Notes under the pieces: model-generated
What the model saw: the letters and a program-made list of their open reading frames with translations, nothing else
Database searches by the model: none
Told to the model about the DNA's origin: nothing
In this document: positions 39,774-50,268 of the stretch, in pieces
Layout of the letters: each line of letters starts with the position of its first letter
Numbering within the stretch: position 1 is the stretch's first letter
Assembly: GCA_044225505.1 (NCBI GenBank)
Contig: JBGAIN010000025.1
Coordinates: 1-64,000 of the forward strand
From: Limisphaerales bacterium
GTDB taxonomy: Bacteria; Verrucomicrobiota; Verrucomicrobiia; Limisphaerales; SIBE01
Reading direction: 5' to 3'
Length of the DNA stretch: 64,000 bases
Position numbers and translations under genes: made by a program

Positions 39774-41335
39774 AACTGCCTTGGCCTGCGTTGGTGCTAT
39801 CGATTTTGGTGGGGTTGCTAACGAACCGAGCTCAAACCGCCGATAGTTTGGTTTTACAGGGGCGCGCGCTCTTGTCCGCGAAGGATTTGCCTAATGCCAA
39901 CGCGCGCTTTTTGACGTCGGTGGAACTGTCGCCTACCCACCAGACGGCCAATGTTCTCTATGCCGCGACTCGGGTCCTGGCTTGGCCTTACAGTCGTCCC
40001 GCCCAAAACATGATGGATCGCTTGGGCATGACGCAAACAAACCGCGATCTCTATCTGTGGACGGCGAAGATTCCGCATGACACCAACGGGGTGCCGATTC
40101 CGCCCAACGACCTCAGTTCCGGCGAGGTGCTCGACTTGGTACGCACCAACCTTTTAACGGAGCTCTCGGGCGCGCTGGGCAATCTCGCGAAAGTCACCGA
40201 CACCAACTTCCTCCTGAACTTGACCAGCAATGAAACCAAGATGGGCGATGTGACCCTGGATTTTGGCGACGTGCAAATTCTCCGCGCACTGTTGCACGCG
40301 GGCGAGTTCTTCATTTACTCCATCCATTCCTACGACCTCAATGCTCAGTTCAACGCGTTATACAGCATGCACCAGCGCGGGGAGTTGACCATCGACCAAC
40401 TGCTGGCCAACTACCCACGGGCGCTGACCTATGCCACGACCAATGATCTCTCCTTGGCATCCAACGCCTTCGGCAACGCCGTCCAGACCTACCTGGCCGG
40501 ATCCGAGTTCATTCGAAGCCGCCCCACGAATATCGTCCGACTGTTCAACTACGATGCCGACATGGCCAAAGACGAAGCGCGCTTTCGCCAGACCCTGGTA
40601 GAACTGCGGGCTTCCTTCACGGCGCCGGTGAGATCGACCCAGTTGACGAACGATGCCGGTTCCATGGTCCTCAACCTTGGACGCGCCTATGACGGCACCA
40701 TGGTGCTCCGCTCGTTGCTGCCTACCTTCCACGCCGGTGGCATCCTCCTCGGTTCACTTCCAGACCCTACCTTCAACGGAGTGATCTCCGGGTTGAGTGA
40801 ATCGGACTTTTACGCGGCGCTCGGCGCGAATGCCAAGCTGTTCCCCTCGTTCCGCACTTTGCAGCAATTGCCGGACGGAGAGCTGCAATTCGATGTTCAC
40901 GCTGCTAATGGACGCCTTTACGCTATCGAAACGTCGAGCAATCTGGTGACTTGGACGGAGATCGATACGGTGGTCGGGGAACAGGGGCTCGTGAGGTTCG
41001 TGGACTCGGCGCTGGGAGGGCCGCTCCGCGCTTTCTATCGAGTGCGCGACCTGTCTGATGCCATTTCGTTTGAAGGCGAAGTTCTGGACGCGCGGACAGG
41101 CAAACCGCTGGCGGGTGTGGAGGTCTCTTCTACCATAGACAACCAGACCGCGACGACTGATGAATCGGGACGCTTTCTTTTGATTACGAGGAGAACGGCC
41201 AATTTCATCGGCTTTTTTAGCTTGACCTGTCGAGCGACCGGCTACACCTCCCAGCCCTTCTCCCAGTTTTTCAGCGGCGGCCGTCACGCCACGGACATCG
41301 TCTTGTGGATGATCAATCCTGTCGCCGCGAACTGA
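39770..41335 (+). CDS. Secreted protein with a helical N-domain, an internal F[YF]R domain and a C-terminal carboxypeptidase-regulatory-like domain
   Basis: Signal peptide, YAIETSSNLVTW...AFYRV, GEVLDARTGKPLAGVEV...TTDESGRF. Confidence 0.8.
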   Translation: MKLPWPALVLSILVGLLTNRAQTADSLVLQGRALLSAKDLPNANARFLTSVELSPTHQTANVLYAATRVLAWPYSRPAQNMMDRLGMTQTNRDLYLWTAKIPHDTNGVPIPPNDLSSGEVLDLVRTNLLTELSGALGNLAKVTDTNFLLNLTSNETKMGDVTLDFGDVQILRALLHAGEFFIYSIHSYDLNAQFNALYSMHQRGELTIDQLLANYPRALTYATTNDLSLASNAFGNAVQTYLAGSEFIRSRPTNIVRLFNYDADMAKDEARFRQTLVELRASFTAPVRSTQLTNDAGSMVLNLGRAYDGTMVLRSLLPTFHAGGILLGSLPDPTFNGVISGLSESDFYAALGANAKLFPSFRTLQQLPDGELQFDVHAANGRLYAIETSSNLVTWTEIDTVVGEQGLVRFVDSALGGPLRAFYRVRDLSDAISFEGEVLDARTGKPLAGVEVSSTIDNQTATTDESGRFLLITRRTANFIGFFSLTCRATGYTSQPFSQFFSGGRHATDIVLWMINPVAAN

Positions 41336-41458
41336 CCTTTCAGCGCGGCCCAACCGTGTGCTGGAATGAAGGTGTCAGAAGCCCTTTTCAGCGTCCGTTC
41401 ACGTCTCCGGATTCCTCTTAATACACAGCCTGAAACCCTTCAAATTGCTGCCCCAGCG

Positions 41459-44400
41459 TCACTGCGGCAGCCAGAGCACCCGGTAAAATCGTTTCCCAGG
41501 CTCTCCTGACACTGTTTTATCGTCAACGACGTAGGGCATGACGGAGCTCGATCGCCGATCTGCGGTCGTCCAGGCGCGCAAGTCCGGCGACACCTGAAGC
41601 TCGTAGGTCTGCCCGGCGTGTCCGCGGATCAAAAGTCGCGATCCCGCCGCTGCAGAAGGGGGTTGTTGCACCTCCACGGACGGGACCAGCGCGTCCAGGA
41701 GGAAACGGGCCTGGCGCTGGACCTCTGGAGTGACTCGGCCTGCCGAACTTAAGGCAAAGGTGGTCAGCGACTTCGCGGCGCCGAGGTAGTCCTTTAAGCC
41801 GACGCTCGCGGACGCCAGTACGAATTGATTATCGACCGCTTCCGGGTCTGCCGCTCCTGGAGTCAAAAGCGTCGCTTGTTGGGCGAGATCTCGGGCCGAT
41901 TCCCAGCGTTTCTGGTCCCAGGCTTGGAAGGCTAATCGCTCCAGATGCCGAGCACGCGTGACGTCATCGGCCGCTGCGGCGACTCGGAACGCGATCTCCG
42001 TTCCGGTCGTAGCGGAACCGCTGGCGGGAGCGGCCAGGGTGGCGAGGCCATGACCATCCCATTGCACGCGCAACGTATAGTTACCCGGTTCCAGTCCTGA
42101 AACGGCGGGGTCCGTCAAAAACTCCCGTGTCCAGCTTCCCAGCCGCTGTTCAATCCCTGTCGATGGGTCTGAAACGGTCCGGGAATAGGCTGCCCAACGG
42201 TCCGGGGCCAGCACGCTGGTTCGAGCCCCATTCGTTCCCAAGCGGAAGAGTTCCAGGCGCAGTCCGTTCCACCAGCCGGACGCGATGGCTGGGAGCGTCG
42301 GAGGTCCGTTGTGTTGCTCCTGGTGCAGGGCTTGAGTCCAAGCCTCCGTGGCTGACGGAGCGTTCAACCGGACCACTATCCGCAGCGGATCCCCCGCCAG
42401 AACCGGTTCCCAAACCACGTCCGTCGTCACTTGGAAGCTTGGGGCGGTCGCCGTCGCAAACGACTGTAGGGAGCGACTCGCCAACGGGACAGTCGCGTTC
42501 AGTGCCGCGGTTTCGATTTCCGGGCTGACGTCACGCGGGTGCAACGTCAGCAGGGAAGCTTTGCCCTGCCGGTCGGTGACATGAATCTGCTTATAGCACC
42601 CTTTGCCTTCCTTGGTGTCGGCGGCGCTTTGACAGAACTCCTGAGGCCGAATGGCATCGTTGTTCCAGCGCGCTTTGAGTTCCATCCGGTCGGTAACGTC
42701 CTTGGGACAATCGTCGTCCAGGTATCGCATATAGCATGTCCATGGCCCGCCGGTATTCGGAGAAAGCAAATCGTCGATGCCGACGCCATGGCCCATCTCA
42801 TGACTGACCCCAGCCATCAGGTAGAAATGATTCTGCGCTCCCCACTCGCCTGGGTGCGACAGAATATATTCATCGGCCAACCGTCGCCACTCGGTGTTGA
42901 GCCAAGCTTTTTCATCCGGCGGAGCCGAGGAGTAATTGGCAAACAACGGCAAAGCTGCCGTGTGATAGCGCACATAATAGCGGCAGATGTTCGCCAGACT
43001 GGGGGGATACAGTTCAATGACGAAGGTTGACCGTGGCCCATCAGGCCAGTTGCCGCCCGTCACGTCGTGGTAGGCGAAGCCGTAAAAGGCGCTGATGTCA
43101 TATTTCAGCGAACTGCCATATTTGGCGACCCACATCTCCTGAAAATCCGCCGGCACGGCGGGCGATGGACTCTGGACGACACGCACATGCACAGCGTGCT
43201 GGTCTGTGGCGTGGCCAAACCCGGACGTGTTGAAGTTCACGATCCGCTTGTCGCTGCCGGCGGGGCCAGGGCCGGTCCAAGTGTCCGGTTGCACAAATCG
43301 GACGCGCAGCTTGCTGGCATTTTCGAAACTCATCAGCGATTCGAGATTGAGCCGCACCAGGTTGTCCGGATCATAAACGAACAGATGCTTCTTCCGCGCT
43401 TTTAACCGTTCGTGAGTTTCTCCGAACTGAAATCCTCGATACTTCTCATACAAAGAAATTCCATCCCCGTTCGCTTCATGATCGTTTGGTTCGTCCGCTT
43501 CATCCCACGCTGGATCCTGGGCTTGCCCAAACGTCCCTTCCTCTTTTTCCCACGAGTCGGCAATGTGATTATTGTTTTCGTCCTTGGGCAAGGTGATCGT
43601 CTTTTGCTCCGGATTCCCTTCAACAAACGCCTCGATCTCTTCGCCAGTGTCCAGGATGGCCTTCACCCGGACTTTGCCATAAGCCCCATAATCGTAGCAG
43701 AGCACGACGGCGATAGCATCCGTGGTGAACCGCTCCGTTTCCAGGGACTGGGCCTGGTTCGGGGGCGTGAACCCTCCTGGCGTCGCAAACCCAAGATCGA
43801 AATAGTCGAGCGCTTGATCTTTGGTTGGATGGTTCATGCAGATGCCAGGTTCTTTTGACGTTTCCACTAGCTCGAAACGGAACTTGGCTTTCCGCACGGG
43901 CGGCGGTGCAGTCGTTCCGGCCATGCGCAATTCTGCCCGCACCTCGACAGGGAGAGTTCCGGGAAACACATGATCCGGACCCGCCTTCGGAATCCAAGCG
44001 TCGTAACTCCGCGGCGGAAGGATGACCGCTTCGACTTTGCCGTCGCCACCGCGGGAGAGAGTGAATCTTGCAGTCACCTTCCCCTGAGCGAGCGGATCCG
44101 AATAGCTGGCTTCTCCTTGTCCGGAAGCGTTGAACTCGGCGGCATTAGGTTGGAACTGGACCATTCCCGAACCCTCTTGCATCGAGTAGTTATCTTCGGC
44201 CATCTTGATGGCGGTTCGGGCCAGGCGTTCACTGCCTTGGCCAGCCTCGGGCGTCGACAGAATCAGATCGTTCAGGTAACTCCACCCGATCGTGGCCTTG
44301 CCTTGAGACGGCATATAGTTGACCGAAACCGTTCCTTTGGGCACGGATCGTTCGCTGTAAGTCCATGATTCAATATCCAGGATGTGTCCACCTCCAGAAG

Positions 44401-44695
44401 CCGTGAGGGTATATTGTTCTTCGGCAGCCTCTTTGTAGTGACCGGTGGCTGGATCAGGTCGGAACACAGCCCGCCCAGTCAAGTGCACTTCACATTTATC
44501 CGAGATCGCGGTTGAGACATTCCCTTCGCCGGTGCCCGAGACGTCGACAGTGACAACGAGTTCGTCCGCGCCAACGGCTCGGGTTGGGAGCGAGCCGTTC
44601 AGAAGCGCCAGGATGGCGGGCAGGAGCTTGACGATAAGGCGCAGTTTCGACGAGGCAAGTCTCAATTGTGGTAGCAGTCGACTTACTGAATACAC
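41459..44695 (-). CDS. Large secreted protein with a HExxH zinc-peptidase-like motif and a C-terminal F[YF]R domain
   Basis: Signal peptide (start may lie further downstream), SHEMGHGVG...CYMRY, a TPR-like helical segment, YELQVSPDLRAW...RFYRV. Confidence 0.8.
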   Translation of the reverse strand: MYSVSRLLPQLRLASSKLRLIVKLLPAILALLNGSLPTRAVGADELVVTVDVSGTGEGNVSTAISDKCEVHLTGRAVFRPDPATGHYKEAAEEQYTLTASGGGHILDIESWTYSERSVPKGTVSVNYMPSQGKATIGWSYLNDLILSTPEAGQGSERLARTAIKMAEDNYSMQEGSGMVQFQPNAAEFNASGQGEASYSDPLAQGKVTARFTLSRGGDGKVEAVILPPRSYDAWIPKAGPDHVFPGTLPVEVRAELRMAGTTAPPPVRKAKFRFELVETSKEPGICMNHPTKDQALDYFDLGFATPGGFTPPNQAQSLETERFTTDAIAVVLCYDYGAYGKVRVKAILDTGEEIEAFVEGNPEQKTITLPKDENNNHIADSWEKEEGTFGQAQDPAWDEADEPNDHEANGDGISLYEKYRGFQFGETHERLKARKKHLFVYDPDNLVRLNLESLMSFENASKLRVRFVQPDTWTGPGPAGSDKRIVNFNTSGFGHATDQHAVHVRVVQSPSPAVPADFQEMWVAKYGSSLKYDISAFYGFAYHDVTGGNWPDGPRSTFVIELYPPSLANICRYYVRYHTAALPLFANYSSAPPDEKAWLNTEWRRLADEYILSHPGEWGAQNHFYLMAGVSHEMGHGVGIDDLLSPNTGGPWTCYMRYLDDDCPKDVTDRMELKARWNNDAIRPQEFCQSAADTKEGKGCYKQIHVTDRQGKASLLTLHPRDVSPEIETAALNATVPLASRSLQSFATATAPSFQVTTDVVWEPVLAGDPLRIVVRLNAPSATEAWTQALHQEQHNGPPTLPAIASGWWNGLRLELFRLGTNGARTSVLAPDRWAAYSRTVSDPSTGIEQRLGSWTREFLTDPAVSGLEPGNYTLRVQWDGHGLATLAAPASGSATTGTEIAFRVAAAADDVTRARHLERLAFQAWDQKRWESARDLAQQATLLTPGAADPEAVDNQFVLASASVGLKDYLGAAKSLTTFALSSAGRVTPEVQRQARFLLDALVPSVEVQQPPSAAAGSRLLIRGHAGQTYELQVSPDLRAWTTADRRSSSVMPYVVDDKTVSGEPGKRFYRVLWLPQ

Positions 44696-44965
44696 GTCAA
44701 CAGATTAGTCAATTTGATCTTTAGCGGCAATCTCCAATGCTGCTTGCTGAGGGATTGCGCAAAGCTCGCGTCGTGCCTTTTGCGCGGAGATGATCTACGA
44801 TAACTCAACGTTTTGCGGGCGCAGTTTGCTGGCAAGTGTCTAGGCGCGGCTCAGCCATTCACTTGTTCTCGTTGAGTGGAGTAGTCCGAACCCGCACCGG
44901 CGGCCGGTATCAACGAAATTCGTCCTGCCGAGTTGGTGGGTTTTTTGCTATAGAAGCTGCATCGT

Positions 44966-47900
44966 ATGAAGCGCACTGTCCTTCTTGGGCTCTGGCACGT
45001 TGTCGGTTTCGCGCTTCAAACTTGGACGAGGGCCGCCGGGCAGTCGGACATAGCCCCCATACCCGGTCAACTGGACCCGGCCTTCGCTCCGGAAATTCTT
45101 CGCGATGGCATAGTCGCACATATTCAGAAAGCAGGAGCCGGGAAATTCATCGTGGTCGGAGATTTTACCCGAGTTAATGGAGACAAACGTAACCAGATTG
45201 CCCGCATTCACAGTGATGGGAGCACAGACAGCGACTTTAACGCTGGTGAAGGAGCTGATCAACAGATCGATAGTGTCATCGTCCAGCCAGATGGGAAGGT
45301 TCTAATCGCAGGCTCTTTCAGTAGAGTGGGCGGTTTACCTCGCCTTGGGTTAGCCCGGTTGGAACCTGATGGACGTGTGGATCGATCTTTCGATCCCGGA
45401 GTAGGTTCCCGGCCGGTGTTAGCGCTCCAGCCCGATGGAAAGATCGTCTGCGCAGATTGGGGCGGTGTCACCCGTCTCTTCCCAAATGGCAGCCCGGATT
45501 GGGAGTTTGGCGTTTCAACGCTTCTGCTGGTCAACAGAGGGACCACTGGGCTCTACCGCAAACCGAAGCCCCCATTAGGTCCCGCGCCGATCGATTTAGC
45601 CCTTGGCGTTGACGGAAACATTCTGGTGAACGAGAGCCAGGAAAATCCCTGGGGCAGACGAATCGTTCGCTTAACATCCCAGGGTGACATAGAGCCGAGT
45701 TTTGCGTCCGATACTCACGGACCGGTAGAATACGGATTCCACCCTTTATCGACGCCCGATGGGAGCCGGATTTTGTCGCTGCCCGATGGAAGCAGTGTGA
45801 TGGTTGGTTATTTCGACGATTCCAACGAGCCCAACCTTCCTCGCCTGCGCAAGCTGACACCCACTGGGAGGGTGGACTCAAGTTTTCAAGCGATTGCCAA
45901 CGACTACATTAGTTCCGTGAGAGTGACTCACGATGGGAAGCTGTTGATTGGGGGGAGCTTTACCCAAGTCAACGGGCTGCCTCGGAATCGCATCGCTCGT
46001 CTGCTTAGCAGTGGATCGCTCGATCCGACCTTTCAGCTTCGCTCCGGCCCAAACCGCGATGTCCATAGCGTCTGTCTTTTGGGAAGCGGTCAAGTCCTAC
46101 TTGGAGGCGAGTTTGATGAAGTCGACGGGGTGTATAGTCCCGGCCTCGCTCTTGTCTCAGAAACCGGGGAAGTGGATACGAGGTTCCATGCCGAGACGTC
46201 TCGAGCCGCGGCCGTGCATGCCGTCGTGGCACTTCCGGATGGCAAGCTACTGGTTGGCGGACGTTTCGATCAAGTGAACAACGAGCGTCGGCACAACCTC
46301 GTTCGCCTCGATGCAGAAGGGAGAACCGACCCCGCCTTTGAATTCTCGCTCACAAACGGCGTTGCCAAGCTGGCTATCGAGGCCGATGGTAAGATCGTTG
46401 CTGCTCTGTTCAATTCGCTGGGTTACGACTTCCCAGGCACCTTGTTCCGATTGAACGCGGATGGATCGGTGCTGGCCCGGCTGTCGCTGCCTCACACAGG
46501 CTATTACATCTCTGCCCTGCAGGAAGATCTTGATGGTGGCGTCTGGGCCAGCGGCTTCGTTCCCGGGGCCTCGGAAGGAGCTTTCCTGGACCGGCTATGG
46601 ACTGGCACGCCTCGCCGCGTGCCTTGGTTCTCGTCTTGGGATGGAGAATTTTGGGCTCTCGTGTTTCAAACGGACGGCAAGCTGATCGTCTCGAGAGATC
46701 CTACTCCCGCCGGCAGTTCCAGCGGCCCAGGGCTTGTCCGCGTGGACCCTGCCGGCCAGTTGGACTTAACATTTCAAACGAAGCCAGAGCTAGCCGGTGA
46801 AGTCATCGCGCTTGCGGTTGGCGCTGATGGAAAGATCATGGTTGGTCAGCGAGCCGAGCCGTTAAGCACTGTCACCATTCCTGCGATCGTCAGGCTAAAC
46901 CTCGATGGCAGCCAAGATGAGGCTTTTACCATCGGAGACGGTCCAAACGGAGCGGTCCATGATCTAGCCATCACTCACGACCAAAAGATTTTGGTTGCTG
47001 GCTCATTTACGACTTTCAACACCAGTCCAAGGCAAGGCTTAGCGCGGCTTTTCGGTGGCCATGGCGCAGTCAAGGTGGCTGGTGATGTCCCACAACTGCA
47101 TCCAAAGGATGCGCATGCGAGGTCCCAGGGAAACTCCTCGAGTGTCCGGAGCCGGACGGTCGGTGAATCAGCACTCGCCAGCTTGACGAGAGGAGTGTCC
47201 CCATCACTGGCTGAGGCGCTCGATGTCTCCAATCTTGTTTGGGAAACAGGTGGGGATGCTCTTTGGGTGGCCGATACGGTTGTAGCTCACGACGATTTCA
47301 GTTCGGCGCAGAGCGGTCGTATCGGAGCAAGGCAGAGCAGTTGGCTGGAAACCGAAGTGCGGGGTCCAGGTCAACTTAGCTTCTGGTGGCGTTTTGACTC
47401 CAAGGAGGAATACCCGCATGCGTCGTTCTCATTCGGTATCGGCAGTACAACCCTTCCAGCCTCCAAAGAATGGAAACAAGCAACGTTCTCGATCCCGCTG
47501 GGTGTTCATCGACTGCGATGGGACCTTAATGATTGGAATTCGTCCGGCGACCAGCTTTGGGTTGATGAAGTGACTTACGTGCCGGTACCGGCGCTAACAG
47601 TGACCTCCACAAACGACAGCGGACCGGGCTCCCTGCGGCAAGCAATCCTTGATGCAAATACGCAAAGGGGTTCTCAGCGAATCTCGTTTGCCATTCCAGG
47701 ACCAGGGCCCCACACCATTCGTCCCAATTCTGCGCTGCCGTCGGTGACAGATGCTCTCTTCATTGACGGGTATAGCCAACCGGGAACTCAGCCGAACATC
47801 GATCCAGTGGCCCAGAAAGCGGTTCTGTCGATTGAAATCGACGGGAGCAGCGCGGGATCCGAGGTCCATGGGCTAGTCGTCGCAGCTTCAGAGTGCATCG

Positions 47901-49960
47901 TGAGCGGACTGGTCATCAATCGTTTCTCTGGCGCCGGGATCGTCCTCGACGCCAGTCAATGTCGCGTCGAGGGAAACTTCATTGGCACTGATCCAACCGG
48001 GCGAACTGGCTTAGGCAACCAGGGCTCCGGGATCTGGGTGCGGTCCGGCGGCAGGATCGGCGGAACTCAACCAGCGGAGCGAAACCTAATCTCCGGGAAC
48101 GGCGGCAACGGAATTTTTTTGGGGCGAGCCAATGGCGCGATTCTTGGGAATCTCATTGGCACGGATGCGAGCCAGACGAGTCCGATTGGAAACCGTTGTG
48201 CCGGAATTGGCGTCGCAGCGGCCATTGGAATGTGGATCGAGAATAATGTTATCGCAGGAAATGGAGACGCTGGAATCTGGGTCTTGGGTCCGTTGTCCAC
48301 TAATAATTGGATTGAACTGAACTTGGTGGGAACCGACTCGAGCCGCACCAGGAAGTGGGGCAATGGTCCAAACGCGCCAGGATTGCGACTTGAAGCTTCC
48401 GACGTTATGGTCGGGCTCTCGAACGTTTTCGCGTTCCACGCCGCTGCTGGCGTGCGGGTGCTCTCCGGCATCCGCAATGAGATGCGACGTAATCTTTTCA
48501 CTGGGAATCAGAAGCTTGGTATCGACCTGGGATTGGACGGTCCTGACGTCAATGATCCGGGCGATTTGGATACAGGAGCGAACGAACTTCAGAACTATCC
48601 CATCTTAACTTCCGCATCCGTTGAGCATTCGACCGTTATCGAAGGGCAAATTATCGGCCAGCCAAGTCGTCTGCTTACGATCGATCTTTACGCTGCGTCT
48701 CAAGTGAACGCGGCGGGCTACGGACAAGGAGAACGGCTGCTAGCTTCGGTGAAGACTACAAGCGGTGCGGACGGGACCGCTTCATTCAGGCTAGCGGCGG
48801 AACCGATTTCCGTGGGAGAGTTCGTGGTGGCCACCGCGACAGACGACGGCTCCGCCTCAGCGGCTTTTGGCCTGGCAGAGTTTCGAGTTCAGGGGCTGCC
48901 TGGGCGAGGTCCCGGCGGGAATACGTCTGAGTTTTCACAGGGCATTCAAGTCACACCCGGGGTCCCGGGTATGGACGGCCCCCCTGAATTAGCCATATTT
49001 TCTGATCAGACCTGGGCGCGAGGGGAGTGCATCACTCTCAATTTCTTAGTGAGCGACGCCGAAACCCCTCCCGACGCTTTAACCGTGTCCGCGAGATCCA
49101 GTGATGAACAACAATTCCCCGCGGCGAAATTGTCACTCTCCGGCCCCTCGGTGGATGAATCTCGCACGGGAGCGCGCTGGACGCTATCGGCATGTCCCAT
49201 GGTGGCCAAGACTGGCCAGGTAACGATCAATCTTCAGGTGGCCGACTCGGCCGGTCAGACAGCGACGAGCAGTGTCACCGTGACCTATGTGGATGCCATC
49301 TCGCTAACACTAGCTCCCGACGCAGTCTCAAGCTCCGTGGGGGCGTCCACCTTGGTGCCTGTCCGAGCATTCGGTTTCAAAGGACTTTCTGCGCTGTCGT
49401 TGTCGATCCTCTGGGATCCCACTGTCGCTCGATTCCGCTCCCTTGAGCCAGGTGCCCTGGGATCTGATCTAGCAGTGGATCTTGCACAGGCCGACCGCGG
49501 CATCGCTCAAGCCAATTGGCTTCATCATTCCTCCCGAGAACTGAGTTTGCCGGATGGGACAAGCCTTTTCGGACTTCGCTTTGATGTCATCGGTCCAGTG
49601 GGCGCTTCGTCTTCCGTGCTCGTTGATGGAGTCTGGGCACACTCGCCGTTACTGGGGCTCAGTTCACCGTCAGTAACCAGTCGCGCAGGTGCCATTGTGG
49701 TTGTTTCGGAACCGGCGCTGATCACTCCCGTGAGTCTAAACGCGGTCCACGATCTGAATGCCGGTCTGCAAATCGCATTCAGCTCCTCGAGAGGCAACTT
49801 ATATGTTCTGGAAGCAACTCCAGTTGTGCCCGCTGAGCAATGGACCGAAGTAGCGCGCATCACTGGCGACGGGACGGACAAGAGTTACTCCATTTCTCCC
49901 GGAACCGCCCAATCCTTCTATCGTCTGCGTGTTCAGGCGGAATCGACTGCGGCGCCATGA
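44966..49960 (+). CDS. Secreted delta-60-repeat / beta-helix / cohesin-like multidomain surface protein
   Basis: Repeats QPDGK..I.G.F..V.G..R..IARL..DG..D..F. Also VTSTNDSGPGSLRQAI, GNFIGTD, cohesin-like ILWDPTV...PDGTSLFGLRF, and a terminal SFYRL. Confidence 0.88.
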   Translation: MKRTVLLGLWHVVGFALQTWTRAAGQSDIAPIPGQLDPAFAPEILRDGIVAHIQKAGAGKFIVVGDFTRVNGDKRNQIARIHSDGSTDSDFNAGEGADQQIDSVIVQPDGKVLIAGSFSRVGGLPRLGLARLEPDGRVDRSFDPGVGSRPVLALQPDGKIVCADWGGVTRLFPNGSPDWEFGVSTLLLVNRGTTGLYRKPKPPLGPAPIDLALGVDGNILVNESQENPWGRRIVRLTSQGDIEPSFASDTHGPVEYGFHPLSTPDGSRILSLPDGSSVMVGYFDDSNEPNLPRLRKLTPTGRVDSSFQAIANDYISSVRVTHDGKLLIGGSFTQVNGLPRNRIARLLSSGSLDPTFQLRSGPNRDVHSVCLLGSGQVLLGGEFDEVDGVYSPGLALVSETGEVDTRFHAETSRAAAVHAVVALPDGKLLVGGRFDQVNNERRHNLVRLDAEGRTDPAFEFSLTNGVAKLAIEADGKIVAALFNSLGYDFPGTLFRLNADGSVLARLSLPHTGYYISALQEDLDGGVWASGFVPGASEGAFLDRLWTGTPRRVPWFSSWDGEFWALVFQTDGKLIVSRDPTPAGSSSGPGLVRVDPAGQLDLTFQTKPELAGEVIALAVGADGKIMVGQRAEPLSTVTIPAIVRLNLDGSQDEAFTIGDGPNGAVHDLAITHDQKILVAGSFTTFNTSPRQGLARLFGGHGAVKVAGDVPQLHPKDAHARSQGNSSSVRSRTVGESALASLTRGVSPSLAEALDVSNLVWETGGDALWVADTVVAHDDFSSAQSGRIGARQSSWLETEVRGPGQLSFWWRFDSKEEYPHASFSFGIGSTTLPASKEWKQATFSIPLGVHRLRWDLNDWNSSGDQLWVDEVTYVPVPALTVTSTNDSGPGSLRQAILDANTQRGSQRISFAIPGPGPHTIRPNSALPSVTDALFIDGYSQPGTQPNIDPVAQKAVLSIEIDGSSAGSEVHGLVVAASECIVSGLVINRFSGAGIVLDASQCRVEGNFIGTDPTGRTGLGNQGSGIWVRSGGRIGGTQPAERNLISGNGGNGIFLGRANGAILGNLIGTDASQTSPIGNRCAGIGVAAAIGMWIENNVIAGNGDAGIWVLGPLSTNNWIELNLVGTDSSRTRKWGNGPNAPGLRLEASDVMVGLSNVFAFHAAAGVRVLSGIRNEMRRNLFTGNQKLGIDLGLDGPDVNDPGDLDTGANELQNYPILTSASVEHSTVIEGQIIGQPSRLLTIDLYAASQVNAAGYGQGERLLASVKTTSGADGTASFRLAAEPISVGEFVVATATDDGSASAAFGLAEFRVQGLPGRGPGGNTSEFSQGIQVTPGVPGMDGPPELAIFSDQTWARGECITLNFLVSDAETPPDALTVSARSSDEQQFPAAKLSLSGPSVDESRTGARWTLSACPMVAKTGQVTINLQVADSAGQTATSSVTVTYVDAISLTLAPDAVSSSVGASTLVPVRAFGFKGLSALSLSILWDPTVARFRSLEPGALGSDLAVDLAQADRGIAQANWLHHSSRELSLPDGTSLFGLRFDVIGPVGASSSVLVDGVWAHSPLLGLSSPSVTSRAGAIVVVSEPALITPVSLNAVHDLNAGLQIAFSSSRGNLYVLEATPVVPAEQWTEVARITGDGTDKSYSISPGTAQSFYRLRVQAESTAAP

Positions 49961-50268
49961 ACTTGTTGGTGCCCGCTTTTCCGTCGGAACGAACTGTGGA
50001 AGGACTGATGAATCACGCCACAGGATCGTGACGGGAAAGGAAACCAAGCCGACACAGACAAGTGCGTTGAGCTGATATTTGTGCCATTTCTCGCTGTTGG
50101 ATTCCCATGCTGATCCACTGAGTCAATCCCCAATGCTGCTTGCGGCCACGATCTGCCACGGTGAGCGTCGCGCGACTAGCGGGGAAATGTTCACAATTTG
50201 TGACACAATTTGTGAACGCCCTGAACCCGCGGTCTACGAGTGAGATAACCGCTGTTTTGCTTGCAGGG

